DNA of 63,648 nucleotides, filler included, from Chiloscyllium plagiosum (GCF_004010195.1; 4 parts of one record of this genome joined end to end with filler, not necessarily neighbours in it); one strand, 5' to 3'; counted from the first letter of the whole stretch, positions 26,335 through 38,956 are shown. Made by a program: numbers and translations. The notes: generated from the sequence alone by a model not told the origin.

Positions 26335-27725
26335 AAACTATGGCAATACCAGTGAGGGTGACCCTGGTGGTGGGCAAGTAGTTGGAGGGAATCCTGAGGG
26401 ACAGGATGTACATGTATTTGGAAAGGCAAGGACTGATTAGGGATAGTCAACATGGCTTTGTGCATGGGAAACCATGTCTCACAAACTTGATTGAGTTTTT
26501 TGAAGAAGTAACAAAGAGGATTGATGAGGGCAGAGCAGTAGGTGTGATCTATATGGACTTCAGTAAGGCATTTGACAAGGTTCCCCATGGGAGACTGATT
26601 AGCAAGGTTTGATCTCATGGAATACAGGGAGAACTAGCCATTTGGATACAGAACTGGCTCAAAGGTAGAAGACAGAGGGTGGTGGTAGAGGGTTGGTTTT
26701 CAGACTGGAGGCCTGTGACCAGTTAAGTACCACAAGGATCGGTGCTGGGTCCTCTACTTTTCGTCATTTACATAAATGATTTGGAGGTGAACATAGGAGG
26801 TATACCTTTTAAGTTTGCAGATGACACCAAAATTGGAGGTGTAGTGGACAGTGAAGAAAGTTACCTCAGATTACAACGGGATCTTGATCAGATGGGCCAA
26901 TGGGCTAAGGAGTGACAGTGGAGCTTAATTTAGATAAATGCGAGGTGCTGCATTTTGTGAAAGCAAATCTTAGCAGGACTTATGCACTTAATGGTAAGGT
27001 CCTGGGGAGTGTTGCTGAACAAAGAGACCTTGGAGTGCAGGTTCATAGCTCCTTGAAAGTAGCATCGCAGGTAGATAGGATAGTGAAGGTGGTGTTTGGT
27101 ATGCTTTCCTTTATTTGTCAGAGTATTGAGTACAGGAGTTGGAAGGTTATGTTGCAACTGTACAGGACATTGGTTCGACCACTTTAGGAATATTGCGTGT
27201 AATTCTGGCCTCCTTCCTATCGGAAAGATATTGTGAAACTTGAAAGGGTTCAGAAAAGATTTACAAGGATGTTGCCAGGGTTGGAGGATTTGAGCTATGG
27301 GGAGAGGCTTAATAGGTGAGGGCTGTTTTCCCTGGAGCATCAGATGCTGAGCGGTGACCTTATAGATGTTAATAAAATCATGAGGGGCATGGATAGGAAT
27401 AAATAGACAAGGCCTTTTCCCTGGTTGGGGAGTCCAGAACTCGAGGGCATAGGTTTAGGGTGAGAGGGGAAAGATATGAAAGGGACCTAAGGGGTAAGTT
27501 TTTCACATAGTGGGTAGTGTGTATGGAATGAGCTGCCAGAGGAAATGGTGGGGGCTGGTACAATTGCAACATTTAAAAGGCATCTGGATGGGTATATGGA
27601 TAGGAAGGGTTTACAGGGATATGAGCCAGGCGCTGGCAAATGAGACTAGATTAGGTTGGGATATTTAGTCGGCATGGACGAGATGGAGCGAGGGGTCTGT
27701 TTCCGTGTTGTAAATCTCTACGAAT
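26335..27725 (+). mobile_element. CR1 LINE RT and 3' UTR, 5'-truncated
   Basis: SQHGF, YMDFSKAFDKVPH, PQGSVLGP, KFADDTK and LYRTLVRP motifs. Confidence 0.92.
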
Positions 27726-28371
27726 CTGTGAGGTTTACAGCTCACGAGCAGCGTGAGACAAGCAGCCGCTGAGGGTGGGAACGCTTCCCGCACGATGAGG
27801 TAGTGCTGCTGGGGGAGTGTGAAAGCACAGCATCGATAAAATGAGGGGGAGTTGGAGCGGTGGCTGCGCAGGCCAGATCCGTTTCTGTTTTTTCTAAGTT
27901 AAAGAAAACTTGGGAGGAAACAGTGGGAGCAAACTGAGATACATTTGAATTTGAGGGGGGGTGGGGGTGATGAAAAAGGCGGGATATAGATTTACTGCCC
28001 GGAAATATCACAAATCGGTTTAAATGAGAGACCCAATTTATTCAGAGACCCAGGAGAATGACTAACGAACCAGAACACTGTGGAAGGCAAATTTATTTTC
28101 GAAAAATGATCCCAAAAAAAACTGCAGAAACGAAAGGACTTCTATACTATCTCCGTCTCGGTTAAAACGTATCTTGAAAGGTGTTAATGCAAAACTTGTT
28201 GGATAAACGTGTCCTTTATAACTGTTTCTGAGCAGCGGCATAACTTAATAGTTTAATCGTTTGAGATGTCTCGCTCCACGTTGGTGCTGACAGAAGAGAC
28301 ACATAAATACGTTTTCAGGCAGAACACCACAACCGTGTGCGCAGACACCGAATGAACCAACAGAAACCTAC

Positions 28372-28461
28372 CGCTTGGACGATCTTCAAAATGCCAGAAA
28401 AGGACTTGGCGTAACTTAGGTCGAGGAAGCCACTGTCTGTACTCCGTCTTGTCTCCGCCAT
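28372..28461 (-). CDS. CMTM7: CMTM7 first coding exon (MAETRRSTDSGFLDLSYAKSFSGILKIVQA)
   Basis: Good start context (aggATGG) and donor GCG/GTAGGT in phase 0. FLDLSYAKSFSGILKIVQA aligns with recalled human CMTM7 LLDLSYPRTHAALLKVAQM. It lies in a CpG-enriched non-repeat region downstream of CMTM8 on the same strand. Confidence 0.82.
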
Positions 28462-28580
28462 CCTCCTCCCGTCAAACTGCACACTCAATCACTCACCTAC
28501 TCTCTCTCTCCCTCCCTCAGTCAGTCACACCCTCCCCTTGACTGACAGCTACACCGAGCCACTGATTGGTTCAGTAGCAA
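28462..28580 (-). promoter_or_regulatory. Putative CMTM7 5' UTR/proximal promoter with CCAAT box
   Basis: AACCAATCAG on the - strand (ATTGG at 28565-28569) about 105 nt upstream of the ATG. CpG is locally elevated over about 27740-28470. Confidence 0.5.
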
Positions 28581-29129
28581 ACAACTGGCTGTGCCTCTCC
28601 ACAATGAAGGAGTTACAATGTTATTCAAAATTACACATCTCCATACTATTTAGTGAACTTTTGTAACTGCGCTGGAAGCATCTTACCACAGTGCTAATGT
28701 TTTTTTTTCAGTGCACAGTGTGAACTCCATGTTTTTGCACTTCAGGTATTTAAAAAGTTACTCAGAGTCCTGTCTACTGCATCAGTCAACACTGAAGCAC
28801 AAACGGATGGGTGTTGCCCTTTCAATAGACCTCAGCGACATCTGAAAACTTTTGATATCTCAACGGGGCAGGTTGAACAGCTCTAGAAAAATAAACGGTT
28901 ACATTTTTATACAAGCGCTGTACGGCCAACGAAGCGTGATCACTGTTATCATTCAGGTTACACAGCGTGATCATTGTTAATTACAGCCGATTTTTTTTGT
29001 CAAAAGTGGAGTTTCATTTCTTCAGGTGGTGAAATTGTTGGCAATATTACACTGGCATACTTTGAATTACTTTTAAACTTGCAGGTGTGTTTATGAAATC
29101 GTGGGAAAGTGGCAAAAAGAAGCATTCTG

Positions 29130-30250
29130 TTTGTATTAGTCTTGACTTCCAATCTACTGGGAATTCTTGAAGGAGGTAGCATTTGCTATTGATAAAAGGG
29201 AATCAACTGTGCACGTACTGAGATTTCCAGAAGGCATTTGATAAGTTACCAGAAACGTTAATGCAGAAAATAAAAGTTCATGGCATTAGAGGTAGCATTT
29301 TGGTCTGGATAGAAAATTGGCTTGTTAACAGGAAATAGAAATAGGTGTGAATGAGTCATTTTCATTTTGGGCAAAAGTGCATCACGAGACGTGATGATAA
29401 AACCTCAACTGTTCGAATTTTCATAAATGACTTCACTGAAGGGATAAAAGGTAAAGTTGTCATTATTGGTGAGGACAATAGATAGGAAAATAAGTTGTGA
29501 AGAAGATACAAGGAAGTTACAAAAGGATTTTATTCGATTAAGTGAGTGGACAAAGATGTGGCAAATCTAGTATAAAATGGAAAAATGTGAAATTGTCCAT
29601 TCTGGCAGGACGAATTAAAAATCTAAACTGTGAAAGATTTCAGAGCTCAGATGCAGAGTAATCTGGTTGCCCTCGTGCATGAATAGGTTAGAATGCAGTT
29701 GTAACAAATAATTGAAGTTATAGAATGTTATCAATTATCATGAAGGGAATTGAATGCAAAAATAGGGAAGATGTGCAATGGTTATAGAGGGAACTTGAGA
29801 GCACATCTGGAATAAAATGCACAGTATTAATCACCTTATTCAAGACCATTCAGAGAAGGTTTACTAAACTAATGTCTGGAATGGGTATGCTGTGTTATGA
29901 GGAAATGTTCGGCAGGCCGGGCTCGATTCATTAGAGTTTGAAAGAGTAAGAGGTGACTCAAATGAAATGTGTAAAATTGAGGTGTCTTGACAGGGTAGGT
30001 ATGGAAAGGATTTTCCTCTTATGGGAGAATCTGGAATAGGGTCACTATTTAAAAGTGAGACAGCCTTTAGAACTCTACTTCCACTATCTCTTCATAAAAT
30101 TGCATTCTTGAATATTTAAGGCAGAGATGAATAAATTATTGGTAAGCAAGGGAGTGAAAGGTCGAAGGGAATGTGAGTCTAAAGTTACAATCAGAAAAGC
30201 CAGATCCTTACTGAATAATAAAGCAGGCAAGTGGGGCAGAATAGTGGATC
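29130..30250 (+). mobile_element. Old CR1 RT/3' end, heavily decayed
   Basis: DFQKAFDK, KCEIVH and QRRFTKL motifs with many stops and frameshifts. Confidence 0.75.
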
Positions 30251-31112
30251 ATAGAATTCCTATGTTATGGAAACAGGCCCTCTGACAAGTAACCCACCCA
30301 AACCCATATTATTCTATACAGTGGTGACCCCGGAATCCGAACGCCCTATTGTTCGAACAACTTTGAATCGAACAATTATTTCGAGAAAATTTTGCCCTAA
30401 AATCAGAACACATTTTCAGAATCCGAACACCATGTACCATTCAGGTCGCACATTGTTCAGTTCGTCCTGGGAAGTAGTCATGAAAGCATCTCTCGTGTGT
30501 CCATCACTAGTTTACCTCATGTTTTCACCTTGATTTGTGCTTTTTTTTAATTATCACCCTTGTGTATTCGCCATGGCATCCAAGAAGAGCAGTGAAGCAA
30601 ATAAGTGCATTCAGCATTAGTACTCCTCACTAAGGTAAATGAAGTTATTTTCATGTTAGTACATTATTTCTTGCTTTTATTATTATTACTTGATATTTAG
30701 GTCATTTACTCATCTTATTTTACATTAACCATGCGTATTTGCAGTTAAAAGTGTCTTGGAAATTTTTTTTTTGGGTCCAGAAACGGATTAATTCACTTTC
30801 CATTATTTCTTAAGGGGAAAATAGTTTTTGCAATCCAAACAACCTCCTGGAATGAATTAAATTCGGATTCTGAGGCACCACTGTATTTACACCTGATTAA
30901 TACACATCTCTGAATACAATGGGCAATATAGCATGGCCAATTCACGTAACCTGCACATCTTTGGATTGTGGGAGAAAACTGGAGTACCTGGAGGAAACCC
31001 ACTCAGACACAGGAGAATGTGCAAACTTAATATAGACAGTTGCCCAAGGTTGGAATCAAACCCGTGTCCTTGGCACAGTAAGGCAGCCATGTTAACCGCT
31101 GAGCCGACCCAA
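30250..31112 (-). mobile_element. HE1 V-SINE split by a MITE insertion
   Basis: Tail part at 30250-30318 and body/head at 30884-31112 are collinear with the copy at 9070-9398. Confidence 0.8.
30319..30883 (+). mobile_element. Tc1/mariner-superfamily (Tigger/pogo-like) non-autonomous element
   Basis: Terminal inverted repeats CAGTGGTGACCCCGGAATCCGAA / TTCGGATTCTGAGGCACCACTG, with TA on both sides (30317-18 and 30884-85). Confidence 0.88.
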
Positions 31113-31129
31113 TAACATGAATAAGCTAG

Positions 31130-31500
31130 TGCTATTTTCCCTGGAGTGTCAGAGGCTGAGGTTTATAAATTCATGAGGGGCATGGATAGGGTGAATTGCC
31201 AAAGTCTTATCCCCAGGCTATGGGAGTCAAAAAATAGGGGGCATAGGTTTAAGATGAGAGGGGAAAGATTTAAAAGGGGCACTTTTTTCATGCAGAGGGT
31301 GCTGTGTATATGAGTTGAGGTGCTTGAGGAGGTGATGGAGGATGCTAGTACAATTATAACATTCAAAGGGCATCTGGATGGGTATATGAATAGAAAAGGT
31401 TTAGAGGGATATGGGACTAGATTAATTTAGGATATCTGGTCAGCATGGACAAGTTGGATCAAAGGGGCTGTTTCTATGTTGTACAGCTCTATGTCCCTCT
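31130..31500 (+). mobile_element. CR1 3' end
   Basis: Homologous to 27320-27725. Confidence 0.8.
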
Positions 31501-31720
31501 AAGAAGAAAGAGGTCAGTCAGACCATTAGAAATTTCCCAGTACTTCTATTTTAACTGGAACTATGCACTAACCTGTTTTTCTTTAATCAATCCTGCCCTT
31601 TTTTAGAAGACTGGTAATGTTTCCTGTAAGTTAGTTTCTGCACCTTTTGCAATACCCATCACAATGAGGTTAAAAATCACACAACACCAGGTTATAGTCC
31701 AACAGGTTTAATTGGAAGCA

Positions 31721-31755
31721 CACTAGCTTTCGGAGCGATGCTCCTTCATCAGGTG
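31721..31755 (-). ncRNA. Minimal type-I hammerhead ribozyme motif (family A), intact core
   Basis: CAC-CTGATGA-a-GGAGC atc GCTCC-GAA-AGCT-A-GTG: stem I CAC/GTG, 5-bp stem II, palindromic stem III AGCT and cleavage triplet CUA. Confidence 0.8.
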
Positions 31756-34564
31756 ATTGTGGAGGGCTCGATCGTAACACAGAATTTATAGCAAAAATTT
31801 GCAGTGTGATGTAAGTGAAATTATACATTGAAAAATTGATTGTCTGTTAAGCCTTTCATCTGTTGGAATACAGTGATAGTTTCACTTCTTTCATGTGTAA
31901 ATCACAAAACCCTTTTTTTAAAAGTTGCATTCTNNNNNNNNNNNNNNNNNNNNNNNNNNNNNNNNNNNNNNNNNNNNNNNNNNNNNNNNNNNNNNNNNNN
32001 NNNNNNNNNNNNNNNNNNNNNNNNNNNNNNNNNNNNNNNNNNNNNNNNNNNNNNNNNNNNNNNNNNNNNNNNNNNNNNNNNNNNNNNNNNNNNNNNNNNN
32101 NNNNNNNNNNNNNNNNNNNNNNNNNNNNNNNNNNNNNNNNNNNNNNNNNNNNNNNNNNNNNNNNNNNNNNNNNNNNNNNNNNNNNNNNNNNNNNNNNNNN
32201 NNNNNNNNNNNNNNNNNNNNNNNNNNNNNNNNNNNNNNNNNNNNNNNNNNNNNNNNNNNNNNNNNNNNNNNNNNNNNNNNNNNNNNNNNNNNNNNNNNNN
32301 NNNNNNNNNNNNNNNNNNNNNNNNNNNNNNNNNNNNNNNNNNNNNNNNNTGTGTGTGTATATAGTGCAATGGTGGTCACCTGTAATGTGACATGAACCCA
32401 AGGTCCCGGTTGAGGCCCTCCCTTTGGGTACCGAACTTAGCTATCAGCCTCTGCTCGGCCACTTTCCTCTGCTGCCTGTCCCGAAGTCCATCTTGGAGGA
32501 TGGTCACCCGAAGGTCCGAGGCTGAATGTCCTGGACCGCTGAAGTGTTCCCCAACTGGGAGGGAACCCTCCTGTTTGTTGATTGTTGTGCGGTGCCCATT
32601 CATCCGTTGTCGTAGCCTTTGCTCGGTTTCCCCAATGTACCATGCCTCCGGGCATCCTTGCCTGCAACGAATAAGATAGACAACTTTGGCTGAGTCACAT
32701 GAGTACCTGCATGTACAAAGTGGGAGGTGTTCCCACGCGTAATAATGGTATCTATGTCCACAATCTGACACGTCTTGCAGCGTCCACCGTGACAGGGTTG
32801 TATGGAGTTGTCCTGAGAGCCGGGCAGTTTGCTACGAACAATGATCTGTTTGAGGTTTGGCGGTTGTTTAAAGGCAACTATTGGAGGTGTGGGGAAGGTC
32901 TTGGTGAGGTGCTCATCTTCATTGATAATGTGTTGCAGGTCACGAAAAACATGGCGTAATTTTTCAGCCCCTGGGAAGTACTGAACAACGAAGGGTACCA
33001 TGTCAGTTGCAGCACGTGTCTGTCTCCTGAGGAGGTCATTACGGTTCCTTGCTGTGGCACGTCAGAACTGGCAGTCGATGAGTTGAGCATCATACCCCAT
33101 TCTTGTTAGGGCATCCTTGAGTACTTCCAGGTGTCTGTCACATTCCTCCTCATCTGAGCAGATCCGGTGTATGCGTAGGGCTTGTCCATAGGGGATGGCT
33201 GTTTTAAAATGTTTTGGGTGGAAGCTGGAGAAGTGTAGCATTGTGAGGTTGTCTGTGGGTTTGCGGTAGAGTGTGGTGCTGAGGATCTGCTCAGATGAGG
33301 AGGGATGTGACGGACACCTGGAAGTACTCAAGGATGCCCTCACAAGAACGGGGTACGATGCTCAACTCATCGACCGCCAATTCCGACGTGACACAGCAAG
33401 GAACCATAATGACCTCCTCAGGAGACAGACACGTGCTGCAACTGACAGGGTACCCTTCGTTGTTCAGTACTTCCCAGGGGCTGAAAAATTACGTCATGTT
33501 CTTAGTGACCTGCAACACATTATCAATGAGGATGAGCACCTCACCAAGACCTTCCCCACACCTCCCCTACTTGCCTTTAAACACCGCCAAACCTCAAACA
33601 GATCATTGTTCGTAGCAAACTGCCCGGCTCTCAGGACAACTCCATACAACCCTGTCACGGTGGACGCTGCAAAACGTGTCAGATTGTGGACATAGATACC
33701 ACTATTACGCGTGGGAACACCTCCCACTTTGTACATGGCAGGTACTCATGTGACTCAGCCAACATTGTCTATCTTATACGTTGCAGGCAGGGATGCCCCA
33801 GAGGCATGGTACATTGGGGAAACTGAGCAAAGNNNNNNNNNNNNNNNNNNNNNNNNNNNNNNNNNNNNNNNNNNNNNNNNNNNNNNNNNNNNNNNNNNNN
33901 NNNNNNNNNNNNNNNNNNNNNNNNNNNNNNNNNNNNNNNNNNNNNNNNNNNNNNNNNNNNNNNNNNNNNNNNNNNNNNNNNNNNNNNNNNNNNNNNNNNN
34001 NNNNNNNNNNNNNNNNNNNNNNNNNNNNNNNNNNNNNNNNNNNNNNNNNNNNNNNNNNNNNNNNNNNNNNNNNNNNNNNTGATTTAGAATCCAACTTGAT
34101 ATTTCTGTCCCAATTATGAAATAAAAGTTTAAGTTTTATTATTTCTCATTGAGTGTCATATTAATTTGTCGGTAGTTGGTCCCTTGAAAATGGGAACACA
34201 GACAGACTGAGTGAGGGCTGTCAACGACATGAACTTGAATCCTATCTGAACGATTGTGAGATCACCCAATCTGTTGTCTCACTTTTTAGATTAGAATCAA
34301 TTTAAACATAGGTCATAGACAGAGAACACAGGGGGCTAACACTTTCAACATATTGTCTAGCTATCACCATTGTTAACAGCTAATCCGAGAATGCAACTTT
34401 AAAAAAAGGGTTTTGTGATTTACACATGAAAGAAGTGAAACTATCACTGTATTCTAACAGATGAAAGGCTTAACAGACAATCAATTCTTCAATGTATAAT
34501 TTCAGTTACATCACACTGCAAATTTTTGCTATAAATTCTGTGTTACGATAGAGCCCTCCACAAA

Positions 34565-34599
34565 CAGCTAATGAAGGAGCGTCACTCCGAAAGCTAGTG
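34565..34599 (+). ncRNA. Hammerhead motif (family A) with core mutation CTAATGA
   Basis: cag-CTAATGA-a-GGAG cgtca CTCC-GAAAGCTA-GTG. Confidence 0.6.
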
Positions 34600-36249
34600 T
34601 GCTTCCAATTAAACCTGTTGGACTATAACCTGGTGTTGTGTGATTTTTAACTTTGTACACCCCAGTCCAACACCGGCATCTCCAAATCATCACAATGAGG
34701 ATAGCAATGCCCAATACAGGGTCAGCTTCACTCAGCGCTCTAGTTTTTAATGAAGAATGATTGATTCCAGGCTTATTCACTCAAATCCTTGATTAATCCA
34801 AGTTGCCATTTCCAGTTATATTACATTATATTTCACAACATCCAAGGAGTGTTTCGGCCAATCTGTTTGTATTTTCATGACGTTAGACAAGGGAGGCTTG
34901 TGGCTAGGTCATTAGGAGGACACAGTGTTCTGGTAGCACAGGATCTTTAAACTTCCCAAAACCACTAAAACGTGAAAACGAAAATTTATTATCCTGTGCT
35001 ACATGTAATGTTATCGGCTGAACAAAGTGGTCATGCATTTTATTGAACACTTAGGAGTAGTGGTGCTGTTATCCTTTTGGCGGGGTAGAGGAAGGCAAGA
35101 GATATCAATAGACATTAGCTGAAAAAAACCCCAAAAACATCACTGGCATAGATCCAGGAGCACTTAAACTGTTCTATTCAGGTGGCAAACTGACAATGTC
35201 TGAAATGTTTTAACGTATTCAAAGCAATGCATTTGAACATCACCAGCTAATTAAAACGATTGTATTGTCTCTGTCACCTATCATTTGGCTGTCTACAGCA
35301 GTCAAAATGTCCTTTTTGGCAAGGAAGCTTTAGAGGCAGTATGCAAATATAAAAATTGTTAAGGTATGTTGTCAAATTTGTTTTATATTAATAAAGAAGT
35401 ACTGAGTAAGTGCACTGCAACAGTGAATTTAGTAACTGAAATTGAACTAAAAGGAAGAACATTATTATAACTAAGGAATAAAAGTACCATTTTTGCTAAG
35501 GGTAGAAATACAAAGCAATGAACAATGATTACCAAGATTCACTGAAGGCAGCTCCACAAATTAGTTCTGTAGATACTGAATGACATGGTTAATCCAAGAA
35601 AGATAATTTATGATCCTACGCTCATGTCCAAGCAACAATCCTAACACGACAAATAAATGGTAGTTCTCCCAAGTATAGACAGTGTAACTTAACTGTTGTA
35701 CAAGTGTAAAACAAAACCCAACTAACAGGTAATAATGTGATATAATTAAAGTACTCTTACACATGATTTAATTTGATTTGTATTGTCATTTTACTCTTCA
35801 ATACCACCACTTAATCTAAAGATATTGTTTTATCATAAATTTTACAACATTAAAATGCTATTAATAATGTACCTCAATGACCATCTCTGTTTCAAAACAT
35901 GAAGCTTCAAAAACACTTCACTCATTCATATATACTGTACTGTGGTCATGTGTTAACAAATTTGGTATAGCGAAGAAAGAATTTGTATTTACTGTATTTT
36001 ATCTCAATTGTCAGGACTTTCCAATACACTTCACAACTAATAAGTTACTTCAAATGTAGTAATGTTGTTACATTGTGATAATCAGTATGGTTCCTGAACG
36101 GCCCACTGACAAGAATCATATAAATAAGCAACTAATTATTTTAAGAACAGAATGTTTTCAAGGCACCAGGAGAATCTCGCATAACCATTGAACTCATTAG
36201 AATAGCCAGATGGGGGTCACAGTTGAACATCTGGGATATTTGTGCCAAA

Positions 36250-36920
36250 ATTAGAAGAGCTGTCCCACAGACTAACAGCCTGATGCAATCAAACTCATGG
36301 AGCATACCTTTTAGAAGACAGTTTTCCAAACACGACCATTACGATCCCCAAAGTATATTGTGTCTCAGTGACAGGACAGGCTAATAGAAGTGGCAGCACA
36401 GGTTATAGAGTCAGGAAGAAATTACCCTAGGAATGCTCAACATTGACTCCACACCCCCATGAAATCTCAGGTCAAACATGGGCAAGTAAACTTCCCACTC
36501 ATCATCATTTAACATCAACCCACACCCACCTTCTCCATCCCCCCACTTCAGCTGATGAATTAGTTCTCATTGATGTTGACCACCACTTGGAGGATACACA
36601 GATTGGCAAGAGCACAGAAACATACTCTCAGTGGGGGAATTTCAATAACCATCACCAAGAAGAAATTACCAGTATCATTAATGTCCAGCTGGCCAAGCGT
36701 CACGGAAATAACTGTTAGACTGGGACTGCAGTATGTAGTAAATGAACCAACAAAACAGAAATATCTACTGGACTTCATCCTAACCAATCTACCACACATG
36801 CATCAATCCATTTCATTATTGGTAAGCATGACCATTGCAGAGTCTTTGGAAACAAAATCCCTTTCTCATACTGAGGATTCCCTTCAGTGTGTTGTGCTTC
36901 AAGGACAATGCTAATTGGAA
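36250..36920 (+). mobile_element. Decayed L2-like endonuclease fragment
   Basis: HEIS, GNFNNHHQE, LQYVVNEPT..KYLLDFILTN and DH motifs. Confidence 0.6.
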
Positions 36921-36959
36921 ACGTGATAGAAATGTAAAAAGGGCATAAATGAAGGGGTA

Positions 36960-38290
36960 CAGAGCAGAAATTGTGTCCACTGTCCAAAGTCAACAAAACA
37001 CAAATAGGATATGGTGGTAGAAGTTGGGAGCTGGAGGAAGAATAGAAGGGAAAGAAAGAAGAAAGGACAGGAGTCATGCCGAGTGTGAAGCTCAATACTG
37101 ATTCTGAGAGGTGTAAAGGTGCTTAAGTGGAAAATTAGGTGTCATTCCTCCAGCTTACATCGAGCTACATTGGAACCCTGTCGCAAATCCAAGGTGTAAA
37201 ATGTTAGCATGGGAGCGAAATGGTTTATTGAAATGCCAAATAACTGAAGGGTCGGTATCATATCTGCAGATAAAGAAGGAGGCTCCACAAAGTGGTCACC
37301 CAAGCTGTGTTTAGTCTTGCTAATGTAAAATGCACTGAGACCAGTGCACACACTAGACTAGATTAAAATAAGCACAAGTAATTTAAAAGGCATTTAGATG
37401 GATATATGAATAGGAAGGGTTTTGAGGGATATGGACTGGGTGCTGGCAGGTGAGACTAGATTGGGTTGGGATATCTGGTTGGCATGGACGGATTGGACCG
37501 AAGTGTCTGTTTCCATGCTGTCCATCTCTATGACTCTAACTCTAAACTGCTACTTCACCTGGAAAGTGTATTTGTAATTTTAGATGGTGAGATGACTGAG
37601 CAAGTGTTACATCTTCTATGATTACATAAGAAGGTGCCATAATGTTTGGGTGGCTTGTTAAGAATGATGAAACGGTGGACCAGGATGTCACAGAGGGAAT
37701 GGTTCCTGTGGAAATGCTGACAGTGGAAGGGATGGGCAGATATGTTTGGTGTTGGTAACCTGCTGGAGGTGGCAGACCTTGAGGAGACTAGTGGGTGAAA
37801 TACGAAGGCAAGGGGAACCCTACTGTTTTGGCAAGAAGAGGAAGGGGTAAGGGCAGGAGTACAGGAAATTGGGTCAGACCTGGTAGAGGGCCTGTCGACC
37901 ACAATGGGGGGAATTCTCAGTTGAGGAAAAGGAGCAGGAAACAGCAATGATAACATCATTGAGGTGTCGGAATTGTGGGAGTTTGAGTACAACCGGAACA
38001 AGAAGTGTTCCACATACCCCACAAAGCAACAGGTTTAGCTGAGACTCATGCTGGTACCCATAGCAGTACCTTTTGACTTGGAAAACGTGAGACATGTTAA
38101 AGGAAACGTTGATCAAAATGAAAACAAGCTCAGCCAGATGAAGGACGTGGTGGGGGTCAGGGATTGTTCAAACCTCTTTAAAGGAAGCAGAGAACCTTCA
38201 GACCATCGTGGGATGAACAGATTAAGAGAGTGCACATCCCCGGAGGAGAAAAGGCAGCCTCTTCACTGTTGTCCAGCTGAACGAGACTGC
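36960..38290 (-). mobile_element. Old Penelope-like element related to family B, with a CR1 tail inserted at 37383-37540
   Basis: GYVEHFLF, GTFLCNHRRCNTC and LGDHFVE motifs collinear with 19716-21261. Confidence 0.75.
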
Positions 38291-38810
38291 ACTTGCCTGG
38301 TTCCATTCATTGCCAAAGAATCATCTGCAGTACTTTTCTCTTCCTGCTTTTCTTCTGTTTCACCATCAAGCAACCTAATCAGAAACTATTGGTCTCAACC
38401 AATAAGTCATCAGGTGGCTGGTTGATATTCAGTGGAAGCCATTATCTTCTGTCCCCATCACAAACACTGATGCTTAACCACGGATTCGCTTTCGATATGA
38501 ACTATATCTCATTAAATTAAAATGGTGAAACATTCAAATTTGAAACATTTATTTAATCTCCACACAGAGGAAAACAGGACATACAGTAAACTTGACAGCA
38601 GCACAGGCAATTAATTTAAAATGCCTGGAAGGAATCTGTTAATCTTGAATACTCAAAATTCAAAGAAAGCAATGTATCATGTACATTGATTGTTATTTCA
38701 CAGTTGTCAACATCAGGAAAATGTTGAGTCAAATTTCTGATAATGAAGTAATGGGGAAAAGATTCCCTGATTGGTATATGAACAAGGACAGACACATAAA
38801 CAAATATAGA

Positions 38811-38956
38811 ATTACTGACCAATTATAGTATAATATTACTGACCGATAATATTATACTATTATAATAATAGTATAATATTATTAGACTATTATAGTCCGA
38901 TAATAGTCTAATTATCGGACTATTCGACCGATAATAGTCTAAACACACTATTAGAC
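38811..38956. repeat. AT-rich cluster of overlapping inverted and direct repeats
   Basis: Perfect 18-bp-arm palindrome at 38846-38882, plus 13-bp-arm hairpins at 38881-38912 and 38892-38923. Confidence 0.85.

Larger units (their letters stand above)
31670..34687. mobile_element. Palindromic (tail-out) Penelope-like insertion, family A, 13-bp TSD; contains two assembly gaps
   Basis: The - arm (31670-33284) encodes LYRKPTD...AIPYGQALR, PCHGGRCKTC and VVYLIRC...WYIGET. The + arm (33283-34687) is the same sequence inverted. TSD catcacaatgagg at 31657-31669 and 34688-34700. Confidence 0.9.

Noticed and set aside
31840..34119. Long ORFs full of X
   Set aside because: They are artefacts of the N gaps at 31934-32349 and 33833-34079.
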